Source of the DNA: Microcoleus sp.
Lineage (GTDB): Bacteria; Cyanobacteriota; Cyanobacteriia; Cyanobacteriales; Microcoleaceae
Direction: 5' to 3'
DNA length: 64,000 bases
NCBI GenBank assembly: GCA_042408215.1
Contig: JAYFMW010000011.1
Span: 26,032-90,031, forward strand
Under the pieces are notes generated by a model. The model ran no database searches and was not told where the DNA came from. It saw only the letters and a list, made by a program, of their open reading frames with translations. Shown here one piece after another: positions 10,887 through 22,134 of this stretch. The translations under genes were made by a program, and so were the position numbers. The number at the start of each line of letters is the position of its first letter. Positions within the stretch are counted from its first letter, which is position 1.

Positions 10887-11153
10887 ATGATGGAAGACGA
10901 CGACCAGAAAGATTCACGCCGGGCCTCGGCTCAATCATTTTTTGAGTCCCTTGATGAATTGTTCGATTATATAGAAGCCAGCAGCAGTCAACCAGCGCAG
11001 CCTAAATCTCCACCGCCTCAACCCTTGCCTTCTAGTCCGCCGCAGAAGGCTAAACCTGCGAAAATTAATTTGTCGGATTTTGAAGATGCGATCGCCGATT
11101 TGGAACAGTTTATCCAGAAAAAACACCAGAAACGCCCGGAATCTAAGGAATAG
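10887..11153 (+). CDS. Small hypothetical protein (Pro-rich linker)
   Basis: RRASAQSFFESLDEL...FEDAIADLEQFI; start codon uncertain. Confidence 0.6.
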   Translation: MMEDDDQKDSRRASAQSFFESLDELFDYIEASSSQPAQPKSPPPQPLPSSPPQKAKPAKINLSDFEDAIADLEQFIQKKHQKRPESKE

Positions 11154-11299
11154 TGTTGGTAGTTTCTCAGGACTTAGGCAGGCACACTACATACATATAG
11201 TGTGCCTTCACAAATACAAACGTTACTAATTAACGCCAATATTCACTCAAAAGTTGTTTCGGAATTATTATTAGCCGAAATTAGGAGACTGCACCTGCC

Positions 11300-11504
11300 C
11301 ATTGGTGTCAACTTAAGCCTGAAAGCCCTGAGAAATCTGGTTTTTACCTGAGTCTAGATCCCCCTAAATCCCCCTTAAGAAGGGAGTAGGGGGTGACTTT
11401 GATCGGACTCCTGTCCCCCCCGACCTAAGGGGGGTTAGGGGGGATCTGGCCTTAATCGTCAAACAGTAGTCTGTGACAGGGTTTGGCCTTAAGTTGACAC
11501 CAAT
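11300..11504. mobile_element. MITE family A (TIR CATTGGTGTCAACTTAAG)
   Basis: 17-18 bp TIRs; GCACCTGCC duplicated on both sides; internal CCCCCTTAAGAAGGG palindromes. Confidence 0.85.
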
Positions 11505-11604
11505 TGCACCTGCCGTGTCCCTACAATATTATTTTGGGTAGGGAAACGGCATTGCCGTCTCCTCAATTAGCCGGTCAGCAAAAATCAGGACACTCAAGCG
11601 TGCC

Positions 11605-11801
11605 CATTAGTGTCAACTTAAGCCTGAAACCCTTGGTATATCTCGCTTTTACCTAAGTCTAGATCCCCCTAAATCCCCCTTAAGAAGGGGGACTTTGAAA
11701 AGACTCCTGTCCCCCCCTTCTTAAGGGGGGCTAGGGGGGATCTAGATTTAATAGTCAAACAACAGTCTATGACTGGGTTTGACCTTAAGTTGACACCTAT
11801 G
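11605..11801. mobile_element. MITE family A
   Basis: CATTAGTGTCAACTTAAG...CTTAAGTTGACACCTATG inside GGACAC...GTGTCCCTACA. Confidence 0.85.
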
Positions 11802-11840
11802 GGCTCCTGGAGTGTCCCTACAATTTTCACAAAGAGTAAA

Positions 11841-14069
11841 TTAGGGAACAGATTTACTATTTATTGCTTTATTTTTGGGCTTTGACTGCTGAGGTAATCG
11901 ACGCGATCGCACTTCGAGAGACCCCTCGGCGATCGCACTTAAAGGCATCTCCAATTCATCAAGATCGTTGCGAAACTTCACCGCAATGTCAGCACCATTA
12001 ATAATCGCTCCCAACAGCCGCGGCCCCGATTTATGGGACTCGTCCTCATCGGATTCCAGCAACTGATCGGCCGCTTCGGACAACATACTAGATAGAGTGT
12101 AACCAGGCCGCGCCACCAAAATCATACCGTCAGTATAAGGTTCCAAAGTCAGCGCGTCATTGCATTCGCTCAACGCCGGAGAATCCACAACCACAAAATC
12201 AAACCGATTGCGAACATCCTCGAACAGCCTCCGCATTTCGCTCGATTCGAGCACAGCAGACGCCTGTCGCAAAAAGCCCGGACTCGCTACGACGTATAGG
12301 TTTTCTACGTCGGGAACCAAACGGACGCACTCGCTGATATTGCTGTAATAGTGCAAAGGTTCCACCGCCGCCAGAGGATCGGCGGCGATTCTCAAAGATT
12401 CAACCTGAGAAGCCGATCGCAAATCTGCTTCAATTAACAAAGTCCGTTTACCCGATCGAGCCGACGCAATTGCCAAATTGTAAGCACTAAATGTTTTCCC
12501 CTCGGAATCAGCCGCCGAAGTCAGCAACACCACCTTGACCGGTTTGTCCCCAATCCGACGTAAATTAGTGCGTAGCCGCTCGTAAAATTCCAAATAGGGA
12601 GAATTGGCATCCAGGGCGATCGGCATCTCTTCCCCGTAGTCAAACACCAACACTTCCGGTAACACACCCAATATCGGCACCTCCTTTTCCACCAAAGCCG
12701 CCCGCACTTCTTCCCAACTGTAAAACCTGCCGTTGAGCATCCCCAGCAAAAATATCAACCCGCCGCCCAACAGCACTCCCACAAATCCCCCCACCGCCAG
12801 CATCACCGGCAAACCTCTCTTGTTTGATTCCACGTCATCAGTTTTTGGAAGTTGGGCGATGGTCAAACTACCTGTCGTCTCCACTACCCCCATTTCAGCG
12901 TCTACCAAAGCCGACTGCATTCTATCGTAGAAAGATTTTTTGAGCGCTACTTGCTGCGCCAACCGCGCTTGTTCCAATTGCTTGTTGGGAATTGCTGCGT
13001 GTTCCCGGCGCAATGCTTGTTCGGTTTTCTCAACTCCTTTGAGTTGCTGTTGCACCATTTCCCGCTGGGTTTGCAAAGAAATCAAATTTTGGGCTAACTG
13101 CTGTCTGGCCGGATCTAAAGCAGAATCTACCCGAATGCGATCGGCGCTTCTGAGGGGAGCCGCCACCCCGTTACCGCCGAGCACCTCAGATTGCCGCTGC
13201 TGCAACTGTTGCTCAAAAGCCTGTTTTTGTTTGAGCAATTCGACAATTTTCGGGTGTTCTTCCTGCAAGTCACTGCGGAGAATTTTGAGCTGAGATTCGA
13301 TCGAAAATAGTTGCACTCGCAATTGTGCAATAATTGGATCGGCAGAGAGTGCTTGAGCGACGTAAGCTTGATCCACATTCAATCCCAAGCGATCCTGCAA
13401 GCTGTTAATTTGAGCTTCAATTCCTCCCAACTGCAATCGCAGTTGCCGTTGCTGCTGTTCGCTGCTGGCAATCGCTTGCGGCAAAGCACCGCTCTGAGCT
13501 GCTAAAATAGAGGTTCCTTCTCGTTTTTCGTAGGCTTCAAGTTTTTCTTCTGTCTCTCTGAGTTCCTGAGTTACTTTTGGCAAACGCTGGTTAATTTGGG
13601 CGATCGTCTCACGCAGTCTAGAAGTATTAATTGTTTGGCTGCGCTCCACCATTTCTCTCATCAGTGCCTCTACTACGGCTTCTGCTTTTTTGCGATCGGC
13701 ATTTTTGTATAATACTTGAATCAAAGCGCTGGGGTCATTATTCTTACTCGGCATCTTTACTTTCACATCATCAGCCAGCTTTTTGGCAGAGATTTTTAGT
13801 TTTGTCGCTGCTGCTTCAATTACCTTTTTATCGAGCAGCATATCTTTAGTTATTTCTTGTCCTTCCTGTTGAATTTTAGTAGTAGTAGATGAAAAAATTA
13901 CCGCTGGGCGGCGGTAGCTCAGCGTGCCTGCGGCGACGTAAACCGGCGGCTGAGTTGGCTGCATAGCCACTACTCCCGACACGCCGACAGTAACAGCAAG
14001 AGTAGCCAAGCCCACCAACTTATATTGGTCGAAAGCAATTAAATAACGTTTAACAACTGATAAAGTCAT
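11841..14069 (-). CDS. wzc: Wzc/GumC-like polysaccharide co-polymerase with a tyrosine-kinase-like ATPase domain
   Basis: Two TM segments around a coiled coil, EHP motif, SEGKT Walker A, EADLR, VVVDSP. Confidence 0.85.
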   Translation of the reverse strand: MTLSVVKRYLIAFDQYKLVGLATLAVTVGVSGVVAMQPTQPPVYVAAGTLSYRRPAVIFSSTTTKIQQEGQEITKDMLLDKKVIEAAATKLKISAKKLADDVKVKMPSKNNDPSALIQVLYKNADRKKAEAVVEALMREMVERSQTINTSRLRETIAQINQRLPKVTQELRETEEKLEAYEKREGTSILAAQSGALPQAIASSEQQQRQLRLQLGGIEAQINSLQDRLGLNVDQAYVAQALSADPIIAQLRVQLFSIESQLKILRSDLQEEHPKIVELLKQKQAFEQQLQQRQSEVLGGNGVAAPLRSADRIRVDSALDPARQQLAQNLISLQTQREMVQQQLKGVEKTEQALRREHAAIPNKQLEQARLAQQVALKKSFYDRMQSALVDAEMGVVETTGSLTIAQLPKTDDVESNKRGLPVMLAVGGFVGVLLGGGLIFLLGMLNGRFYSWEEVRAALVEKEVPILGVLPEVLVFDYGEEMPIALDANSPYLEFYERLRTNLRRIGDKPVKVVLLTSAADSEGKTFSAYNLAIASARSGKRTLLIEADLRSASQVESLRIAADPLAAVEPLHYYSNISECVRLVPDVENLYVVASPGFLRQASAVLESSEMRRLFEDVRNRFDFVVVDSPALSECNDALTLEPYTDGMILVARPGYTLSSMLSEAADQLLESDEDESHKSGPRLLGAIINGADIAVKFRNDLDELEMPLSAIAEGSLEVRSRRLPQQSKPKNKAINSKSVP

Positions 14070-14071
14070 AA

Positions 14072-14372
14072 AGATTTTAGATTTTAGATTTTAGATTTTA
14101 GATTATTGACTGTTGACTGTTGACTGTTGACTGTTGACTGTTGACTGTTGACTGTTGACTGTTGACTGTTAATCGTTGACTGTTGACTGTTGACTGTTGA
14201 CTGTTAATCGTTGACTGTTAATCGCTGACTTTAAGTACATCATAACCAATAACCAATAACCAATAACCAATAACCAATAACCAATAACCAATAACCAATA
14301 ACCAATCAACCAATAACCAATAACCAATAACCAATAACCAATAACCAAGAACCAATAACCAATCAACTAATA
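14072..14372. repeat. Heptamer STRR arrays (TTTTAGA)n, (TTGACTG)n, (TAACCAA)n
   Basis: Directly visible tandem 7-mers between wza and wzc. Confidence 0.95.
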
Positions 14373-14394
14373 ACCCAGAACAAATCACTAATAA

Positions 14395-15979
14395 CTACTT
14401 GCCAGAAGGAGTAGGTCCGAACAGATTTGTCACCCCATTTCTCAACTGCTCAAAGAACAAAATAAACCCCAAAATATCGCGGAACGGTCGAGTAAAACTA
14501 TTAACTGCATAACCAATCCGCTCGACGAGATTCCGACCAATAACAATCACATCATTATCTTGCAGCATTGGGTTCTGAGAAACATTTCCCTCCAGAGCGG
14601 CTTTGGCATCTAATTTCTGGTTGATAGCTCTACCTTGCTTTTGGTCGAACCGAATTAGGGCAATGTGCCGCAAATCAGCAACATTCACAGGTAAGTTGTT
14701 GAGAGCATCCAAAAATGTACTGCCATTTTCTATGTAGAAAGAGGTCAAACCACCACTAGCGTAACTCAAAACTCGAACGTAGATCCGAGGTTTAATCAGA
14801 GTAGAGCGCGAAACCAGAGTCTTGTCGTAGTCTAGGTTTTTGCTAGTAGTATCCAGTTCTGGAATAATAATCGCATCTCCAGAAGCTAGGGGGAAATCAA
14901 ACAAGTCCCTAGCAAAGGCTAGCGGGAGTGTAAAGGTCGATGGGTTCCTCCACAGACTGGCCGTTTACCAGCGTCCGCCGCACCCGTACCGCCCGCAAAT
15001 CAGCTTTTCCCGTTACTCCCCCCGCAGCCACCAAAGCCGCAGAAATTCGACCAGTACCAGCCGCAAGTGTGTAAAAACCCGGTTTGCTGACTTCTCCGGT
15101 GACAGTGACTTGGACGGCGGTAGTGGCCGCAGCTAGGCTATACCTGGATGCTAAATCTTGATCCGATTTGCGATCGGGCGTAGCCTGTTGATAAGGCACA
15201 ACGATCGCATCTCCGTCCTCTAAGCGCAAATCCGGGGGAGAAATCCCAGTTTGCAGCGGTGTCAAAATGTCAACAATTTGCTCAGCAACAGCGCCGGAGG
15301 GCAGTGTCCGCCGCACCCGCACCGCCCGCAGTTGGGCCGTAGGAGTAGTACCGCTGGCTGCTGCTAGGGCGGCAGGGAGTTGGGGAGTTTGTAGGGGATA
15401 AAAACCGGGTCTGGCCACTTCTCCCGTCACCGTCACGACTACGGGGCGCTGAACTAGCAGGGAGGCGAAGACTTGCGGATTTTTGATAAATTGGGCGAAG
15501 CGTTCGCGGAGGCGCTGCTGTGCTTCTTCGACGGTGAGGCCGCGCAAATTTACTGTTCCAATCAGCGGTAGTACAACTATACCTTCGGGGCTGATAGCAC
15601 CTGTAAAATTTAGCTCTGGGAAGCGCTGAACTTGAATCGCAATCTGGTCTCCAGGTCCAAGTCGATAAGGTCGATTGCGGAATTCTGGATTGATCGATCG
15701 GGCCGGCCATACCTGTGACCCTGGTGGAGGCGGTACGGGGAGTTTTGGGGGCGGTATCAGCAGTTCGGAACTGGGAATCACAGGTTGGGCTAAAGTCTTT
15801 TGAGGAAAAACTTTCTCGTTGAAACCCCAAAATATAGCAGTAAAAGATAGAGTCCAAACAGTTGAGTAAAGACCTACCAGGGAAAAAGCAACACAATTTT
15901 TACTGGTGGATTTTCTCCCATTTTTGAGGGGATAAAAAATCCTAATATTTTCAACAGTTCGCTGGTCTTTAACTTTCAT
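14395..15979 (-). CDS. wza: Polysaccharide export (Wza/OPX, SLBB repeats) protein with a +1 frameshift near 14925
   Basis: YRLGPGD, VTVTGEV.RPG x2, LQDNDVIVI; removing one base from the C run gives YTPLAFARDLFDFPLASGDAII. Confidence 0.85.
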
Positions 15980-16198
15980 TTCTGCAACTCTCAACTTAAA
16001 ATGTAGATCTTGAATTCTCAATTAAATCATTTTTTATTGGGGTAATTGTAGCATTTTATGACTTACGCACCGACTCTAATTGTAGGGTTCTTTGCACACC
16101 GCACCTTACGACTACAGATGCGCGTAAAAATTTAAAACTTGCGTCCAGGAATGATTTCTGGTTCATAATTTGTTGGCATTGTCACTATTTTATTCGAC

Positions 16199-16366
16199 TG
16201 ATTCCTGATTCCCTCTTCCTGATTCCTGATTCCCTCTTCCTGATTCCCTCTTCCTGATTCCTGATTCCCTCTTCCTGATTCCCTCTTCCTGACATCCGTT
16301 ACATCCGTTAAATCCGTTAAATCCGTTACAGAATCCGTTGCCGAACTTCCCTCTTCCTGATTCCCT
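16199..16366. repeat. Mixed tandem repeats (TTCCTGA/TTCCCTC)n and (ATCCGTTA+N)n
   Basis: Directly visible. Confidence 0.9.
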
Positions 16367-16371
16367 CAACA

Positions 16372-17094
16372 TCAGAAAGTTTCTGCCATTAATTTAGCCT
16401 GGACAATTTCGCCAAGAGATTCGAGGATTGGTTCAGCTATCTTAAGGTCAGCGTCTGGTTGAAGAGGAACAATGATATTGACAGCTACCCAGGAGGCGCG
16501 GCGGTTCGACAACCTTGCGATGCTGTCTTCCCAAAACCAGCGACTGGGGGCTGGAGAACCGCCGTTCGGCCAAGCGTACCACTGTACAACGGCAAAGGTT
16601 TGTTGGGGAGTCCAGCTTCGGAAAAACTGGGCTTCAACGGTGGGCGGTGGCTGGTTGGGTATTTTTGCTAATTCAGGCGCTAATTCAACTGTAAACCTCA
16701 AAGGGCGATCGGCATCTCTTTGCCACCGATGAAATCCATCGATATCGAGCCATTCTACCTGGGGCTGGTCTTTTGGGCCATTTTGAGGCAACATTAATAA
16801 AATCGCAATTGTTTCAGGATGTTGAATTTCTTTAATTTCTTGAACTAACCACCTGTGACCGCCAATTTGTACGTTATTCCGAACGCGGATTACCTCCCAG
16901 CCGGGAAGTGTCAACCCATTTTGAAGTAAAGTTTTCAGTTGCTTGAGGTTTGTAACAGGTGGCGGGTTTGTCCAAGGCCACCTTCCTGTCCCATAGCCCG
17001 GAATTGCTACGGCCCCAACAAGTACCAGTAAAAACACAATTACGATAATTTTAGAGAATTGGTATCGCCTCAGTAGCTTGCGTGCTGAAATCAT
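16372..17094 (-). CDS. Cyanoexosortase B system-associated protein
   Basis: N-terminal TM, LPQNGPKDQPQVEW, QTFAVVQWYAWP.GGSP; directly after crtB. Confidence 0.85.
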   Translation of the reverse strand: MISARKLLRRYQFSKIIVIVFLLVLVGAVAIPGYGTGRWPWTNPPPVTNLKQLKTLLQNGLTLPGWEVIRVRNNVQIGGHRWLVQEIKEIQHPETIAILLMLPQNGPKDQPQVEWLDIDGFHRWQRDADRPLRFTVELAPELAKIPNQPPPTVEAQFFRSWTPQQTFAVVQWYAWPNGGSPAPSRWFWEDSIARLSNRRASWVAVNIIVPLQPDADLKIAEPILESLGEIVQAKLMAETF

Positions 17095-17098
17095 TTTT

Positions 17099-17971
17099 TT
17101 AATTCCCAGACTGGCTTGGGAAATATTTTTCCATGCCGTCGATCAGAAGTACCAATAAACCTAGTATACCAGCAGAATACAAATCTCCGCCCCATCCTGC
17201 GTGTAGCCAAGTAAAAAGCCCCTCTTTTTGGGTGCCGTGAAAGTAAGTTAGTAAAGTATTGCGGAGGATATTTGAACTGATGCTAATGATAGATGTACTC
17301 CCTAGAAATAGAATGCTTCTTTTGTAGGAAGTCCAAACTCCAGTCCAGTCCAGCAGCATTAAGCTGACGTACAGACTGGTAAACAGCATTTTTAGGCCTG
17401 CACAGTGGGGCGCAACTTCTACAATGCGATCGTTTACGTAGAGATACATTTCTTCGACTCTCACGTTAAGACCTGCTTTGATTAATATTAAGCCTGATGT
17501 TTCAGCAATGAAGTGCTGCAACGGTAAGGCGTAGGGTTCTATTAAGTAAGGAATGTGGTTTGGTGAAGCCAGCAATACGAATAAAAGTGGCATCCCCTGC
17601 AATTTAAAACCAGGGATTCCTTTTAAACACAAGCAAATACTGGCTAGCATTACTGGTAGGGATAAATTCACCAAATCGCTCAATCTACTCAGATAAAAAA
17701 GCGTCGCTAGTACCAGTAAAAAGCCTCCTAAAGGATGGGGGGAGTTGGGCAACTTACGCCAGCTATTTAGGTGCGTCCAAGCTATATAAGCCGCGTAGGG
17801 CAAACCAATTATTCCGTGGCTGAAATATTCGTGTTCGATGCTGATGTTTTTGTTTAACCAGCCGTCATACCAGTGTACTAGCAGGGGGGCGTAAAGCAGC
17901 ACTAGGAGTACCGTAATACTTTCCCCCAGGAGGTATCGCTTGAGAATGCGAATTTTGCGCTGGATGTTCAT
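17099..17971 (-). CDS. crtB: Cyanoexosortase B
   Basis: Polytopic membrane protein; EHEYFSHG, VEVAPHCAGLK (catalytic Cys), NILR (Arg), WLH (His). Confidence 0.9.
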   Translation of the reverse strand: MNIQRKIRILKRYLLGESITVLLVLLYAPLLVHWYDGWLNKNISIEHEYFSHGIIGLPYAAYIAWTHLNSWRKLPNSPHPLGGFLLVLATLFYLSRLSDLVNLSLPVMLASICLCLKGIPGFKLQGMPLLFVLLASPNHIPYLIEPYALPLQHFIAETSGLILIKAGLNVRVEEMYLYVNDRIVEVAPHCAGLKMLFTSLYVSLMLLDWTGVWTSYKRSILFLGSTSIISISSNILRNTLLTYFHGTQKEGLFTWLHAGWGGDLYSAGILGLLVLLIDGMEKYFPSQSGN

Positions 17972-18079
17972 GGTTTTAAACGTTTTGAGTTTTGAGTTTT
18001 GAGTTAAACAGTTTTTACAGCAGATTGCAGGTTTATGAAGTACACCCCAGAACGATCCCCCTAGGGACACGGCATTGCC

Positions 18080-18290
18080 CATTGGTGTCAACTTAAGGTC
18101 AAACGTAGTATCAGTCTGCTGTTTGACTATTAAGGCCAGATCCCCCCTTAGCTTGCCCCCTACTCCCCCTTAAGAAGGGGGGAACAGGAAGCCTCTTTAA
18201 GTCCCCCTTCTTAAGGGGGATTTAGGGGGATCTAGACTTCGCCTAAAAGCGACATTTATTATGGGTTTTAGGCTTAAGTTGACACCTATG
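18080..18290. mobile_element. MITE family A
   Basis: Both TIRs present, inside TAGGGACAC...GTGTCCCTACA. Confidence 0.85.
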
Positions 18291-18409
18291 GGCACGCTTG
18301 AGTGTCCCTACAAGGGCTTACCTGAAAAGTGCTGTAATTTGCAACTCAAAAGCTTTGAGAACGGAATTTCTACTGATTGAGACATCCTCACTTTAACTTT
18401 TGCGAAGAA

Positions 18410-19549
18410 TTAGCTATTAATTGATAATTCGATCGCCTTTACCACCTGCTCAATCTGAGTATTACTCAATCCGGGATACATTGGCAATGATAAAATCTGT
18501 TGGCACAGAGTTTCTGTATGGGGAAAGTCCCCTGGATTGCCTAAGTTTTGGTAGGCTGGTTGCAAGTGACAAGGTACGGGATAGTGAATGCCTGTTTGAA
18601 TGCCATTTTCGCCGAGTTTTGCTTGCAGGGTATTGCGGTTAATGGAGCTTTTCTCAGTAACTTGAATCACATAGAGGTGATAAATGTGACCGCTGCTACT
18701 GTGGTTGGCGATCGGTACTATGCCTTTGTGTTTGAGGGGTTCTAGTAAAGTATTGTAGTGTTGGGCGGCTAAATTGCGTCCGCGATTCCATGTTTCTAAA
18801 TACGGCAATTTAACGTTGAGTACGGCGGCTTGCAAATTATCGAGGCGACTGTTGGTGCCGATTTCAGTGTGTAAATATTTGCTTGGTGCTCCGTAATTGC
18901 GTAACGTTCGCATTGTTTGTGCTACCTTTGCATCGTTGGTAATTAACATCCCGCCATCGCCAAATGAGCCGAGATTTTTGCTAGGATAAAAGCTGAATGC
19001 TGCTGCTTTGCCAAAGGAACCTGCACGGTATCCTTCTCTGGAAGCTAGATGGGCTTGGGCGGCATCTTCAAAGATGATTAAATTGTGGCGGTTGGCAAGG
19101 TCTAAAAGTTTGATAGGCGACACCATTTGACCGTATAAATGCACCGGAATAATTGCTTTAGTTTTTGAGGTAATAGCTGTTTCGGCTGCTGTGAGGTCAA
19201 TCAGGGCGGTGTCAGGGTCACAATCTACGAGAATAGGTGTAGCCTTCGCTTGCATCACGCCAATTATGGTGGCGATAAAGGTGTTGGCTGGGATGATAAT
19301 TTCGTCCCCTGGCTGAATCCCACAAGCTTGGAGTCCGAGGGCGATCGCATCTGTTCCACAGGCTACTCCTATACCATATTGTACACCACAAGCTGTGGCA
19401 AATGCTGTTTCAAATTCTGCCAATGCTTGACCTAAAATAAAGTCTCCTTGCTGGATGATTTCTCCAATTGCTTGTTCTATTTGAGTTTGGATTGGTTGGT
19501 GTTGCAGGGAGATGTCTACAAAGGGAATTTTGGGTAGATGGCTATTCAT
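18410..19549 (-). CDS. DegT/DnrJ/EryC1/StrS sugar aminotransferase
   Basis: PVHLYGQ, EDAAQAH, SFYPSKNLG, NSRLD, SLPMYP. Confidence 0.93.
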   Translation of the reverse strand: MNSHLPKIPFVDISLQHQPIQTQIEQAIGEIIQQGDFILGQALAEFETAFATACGVQYGIGVACGTDAIALGLQACGIQPGDEIIIPANTFIATIIGVMQAKATPILVDCDPDTALIDLTAAETAITSKTKAIIPVHLYGQMVSPIKLLDLANRHNLIIFEDAAQAHLASREGYRAGSFGKAAAFSFYPSKNLGSFGDGGMLITNDAKVAQTMRTLRNYGAPSKYLHTEIGTNSRLDNLQAAVLNVKLPYLETWNRGRNLAAQHYNTLLEPLKHKGIVPIANHSSSGHIYHLYVIQVTEKSSINRNTLQAKLGENGIQTGIHYPVPCHLQPAYQNLGNPGDFPHTETLCQQILSLPMYPGLSNTQIEQVVKAIELSINS

Positions 19550-19795
19550 AAATAATTGGGATAGCAATTATTTATCTTAACATTAAAATTTTCAATCTCA
19601 GGTTGAAAATACGAACCCGATCAATTATAATCAAACTCGCTGCTAATTTTGTTATTTTTTTTACCGCAGAGGGCGCAGAGAGCGCAGAGGAAAAGAGGAA
19701 GAGAGGAGAAACCCGATCGCATTTTTCGTGAATTGTCAACGAGATTAAAATCTTCCGCTAAAATAGAATCAGATGATTTTTATTCAATCAAGCTC

Positions 19796-20833
19796 ATGGA
19801 ATACAAAAAACTCGGCGATAGCGACTTGTCAGTATCTGAACTCTGTTTGGGTACGATGACTTACGGCCAGCAAAATACCGTGGAAGAAGCGGCTCAACAA
19901 CTCGATTTTGCCATAGATAGAGGTGTCAATTTTATTGATACAGCAGAAATGTATCCTGTCCCTGGAAATCCAAAAACTCAGGGGAAAACAGAGGAATATA
20001 TTGGCGAATGGTTGGTCAAGCAACAACGGGATAAAGTCATTATAGCGACTAAAGTGGCTGGGCGAAGTTCTCGATTAAAGTGGATTCGGGAAGGGAAAAA
20101 TCAGATCGATCGCCCAAATGTGGAAAAAGCACTGAATGACAGCCTCAAACGCCTGCAAACAGACTACATCGACCTGTATCAGATCCACTGGCCCGATCGC
20201 TATGTGCCGCTATTTGGTGCACCGGATTACGACATCGCTCAAGAACACGAAACCGTACCTATTCAGGAACAATTAGAGGTATTTTCTGACTTGATTAAAG
20301 CTGGCAAAATCCGCTATTTGGGTTTAAGCAATGAGACTCCTTGGGGAGTTTGCGAGTTTTGCGAATTGGCCCAAAAACATGGCTTGCCGAAAGTGGTTTC
20401 TATTCAGAATGCTTTCAGTTTGAGCAATCGGACGTTTCACATGAATTTAGCGGAAACTTGCCGCTTTAAGAATGTGGGATTGATGGCTTACAGTCCTTTG
20501 GGTTTTGGGATTTTAACGGGTAAATACTTGAATGGAATTCCTGAAAATTCGCGGCTGGCTTTGTTTGCGGGATTCGGTCAGCGTTATGATAAAACTAATC
20601 TGAATGATGCGGTGAAAGCTTATTTGGAGATTGCTGGGAAACATGGGATAAGTCCGGCGCAGATGGCTTTGGCTTATGTGCGATCGCGCTGGTTTGTTAC
20701 GAGCACGATTATTGGTGCAACCAGCCTCGAACAATTGGAGGAAAATCTCGGTAGTTTGGAGGTGAATTTGGATCGGGATATTATAGCGGAAATCGATGCG
20801 GTGCACGCTAAGTATCCGAATCCGACACCGTAA
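19796..20833 (+). CDS. NADP(H)-dependent aldo/keto reductase (Tas-like)
   Basis: LGTMTYG, FIDTAEMYP, DLYQIHWP, GLSNETPWG. Confidence 0.92.
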   Translation: MEYKKLGDSDLSVSELCLGTMTYGQQNTVEEAAQQLDFAIDRGVNFIDTAEMYPVPGNPKTQGKTEEYIGEWLVKQQRDKVIIATKVAGRSSRLKWIREGKNQIDRPNVEKALNDSLKRLQTDYIDLYQIHWPDRYVPLFGAPDYDIAQEHETVPIQEQLEVFSDLIKAGKIRYLGLSNETPWGVCEFCELAQKHGLPKVVSIQNAFSLSNRTFHMNLAETCRFKNVGLMAYSPLGFGILTGKYLNGIPENSRLALFAGFGQRYDKTNLNDAVKAYLEIAGKHGISPAQMALAYVRSRWFVTSTIIGATSLEQLEENLGSLEVNLDRDIIAEIDAVHAKYPNPTP

Positions 20834-21828
20834 GTTTATTAGTAGGTTGGGTTGAGGTAACGAACCCTACGTTTCACTTCGCCCAATTTACCACTTTAAC
20901 ATCCGAAAATTACATAGACAGAACTTACGCACTCCGCCAAAGCACGCTCGCGAAGTGTTGTACTGAGCGAAGCCGAAGTGTCGAAGTGTTTACTGAATCT
21001 GCGGGCTGTAACGAGGTACGATCGCGAAAAACCGGGTTTCTGAGTTCCCATGCTGTAGATAAGGGTTACATCCGTTGTTCGAGAAGGAGGAATTTATTAG
21101 TCCGGCTTTTGCTAGCTGTACCGATGCTGTGGTATTAGGTAAGTAGTTGGTTTTGGTGGTGTTTTGGGCGATCGCCCTTTTTGTGGTTAATGAATATTTT
21201 AACCGCAGATGCACGCGGATGAACGCGGATGAAAGAGGGATGTTTTGGGCGATCGTTCTTGACGCAGAGGGGTGATCGTGGCCATAGCATCCCGAACTCA
21301 ACAATTTTTCAAGTCAGGAATTCCCATAGCTGGGAATTTTCAACATTGAAAATAAAACTTACGCATCGAGCTCTAGAAACCGGGTTTTTGCCAAAATACT
21401 TTCTTCCATCCCGAAGACTTGGTAAAAACCCGGTTTCTTCGATCGGAGTGCATAAGTCCTGATTTACCTACAGGAATTCCCAATATTGGAAATTTTGAAT
21501 AGGACTTACCCACTAATTCTGTAGAAACTTGTTTAATTTATATAACGGCAAAATAAATATAATTGAAGTATATCTAATCTTGACAGATTCATCAGAATAC
21601 CTTTAAAATATGAAATATGTTCTATTGTTCTGATGCCTAATTATTGAGGCGTTAATGTTAATATTAGAACATCATCTTTATTTCGATTGCAATGCCGAAT
21701 CCTACCTGATACGAAAAAGGCCCGCCTGAACTACCAATTCAGACAATGCCCTCGTTTTAGCTAGGTAGCTCAGTTGATTTGACCTCTGAACGTCAGACCA
21801 ACACAAGTAAACCCAACTTTTCAAATAT

Positions 21829-22134
21829 ATGTTCCACAATTATAACCCACAAGACGGACAGTGGTATGCCAAGCATAGCCTGACTGCGATCGCCCTCTCT
21901 GCTTTGGCGGAGTTAAACCCCGCTTGGGCAGAGTGTATCCGCAGTCTGCTTCAGGAAAAGGATGAAACGATCGAAGAAATGCAACAGGAGCAAGATGATT
22001 TACAAGATGAAAATCTTGAACTACAACAAGAAGTAGATTCATTGAAGGATGAGAACCTTGAACTGCGACAACGAGTAGATCCCCTTTCGCCAGATTGTCT
22101 TTCGATTGAAGACTCTTTTGATGAGGAATATTAA
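21829..22134 (+). CDS. Hypothetical acidic coiled-coil protein
   Basis: 101-aa ORF with a duplicated DENLELxQxVD motif. Confidence 0.55.
   Translation: MFHNYNPQDGQWYAKHSLTAIALSALAELNPAWAECIRSLLQEKDETIEEMQQEQDDLQDENLELQQEVDSLKDENLELRQRVDPLSPDCLSIEDSFDEEY

Noticed and set aside
14169..14366. ORF MIGYWFLVIGYWLLV...
   Set aside because: Translation of the (TAACCAA)n heptamer array.
16190..16372. ORF with GIRKRES repeats
   Set aside because: Translation of tandem repeats.
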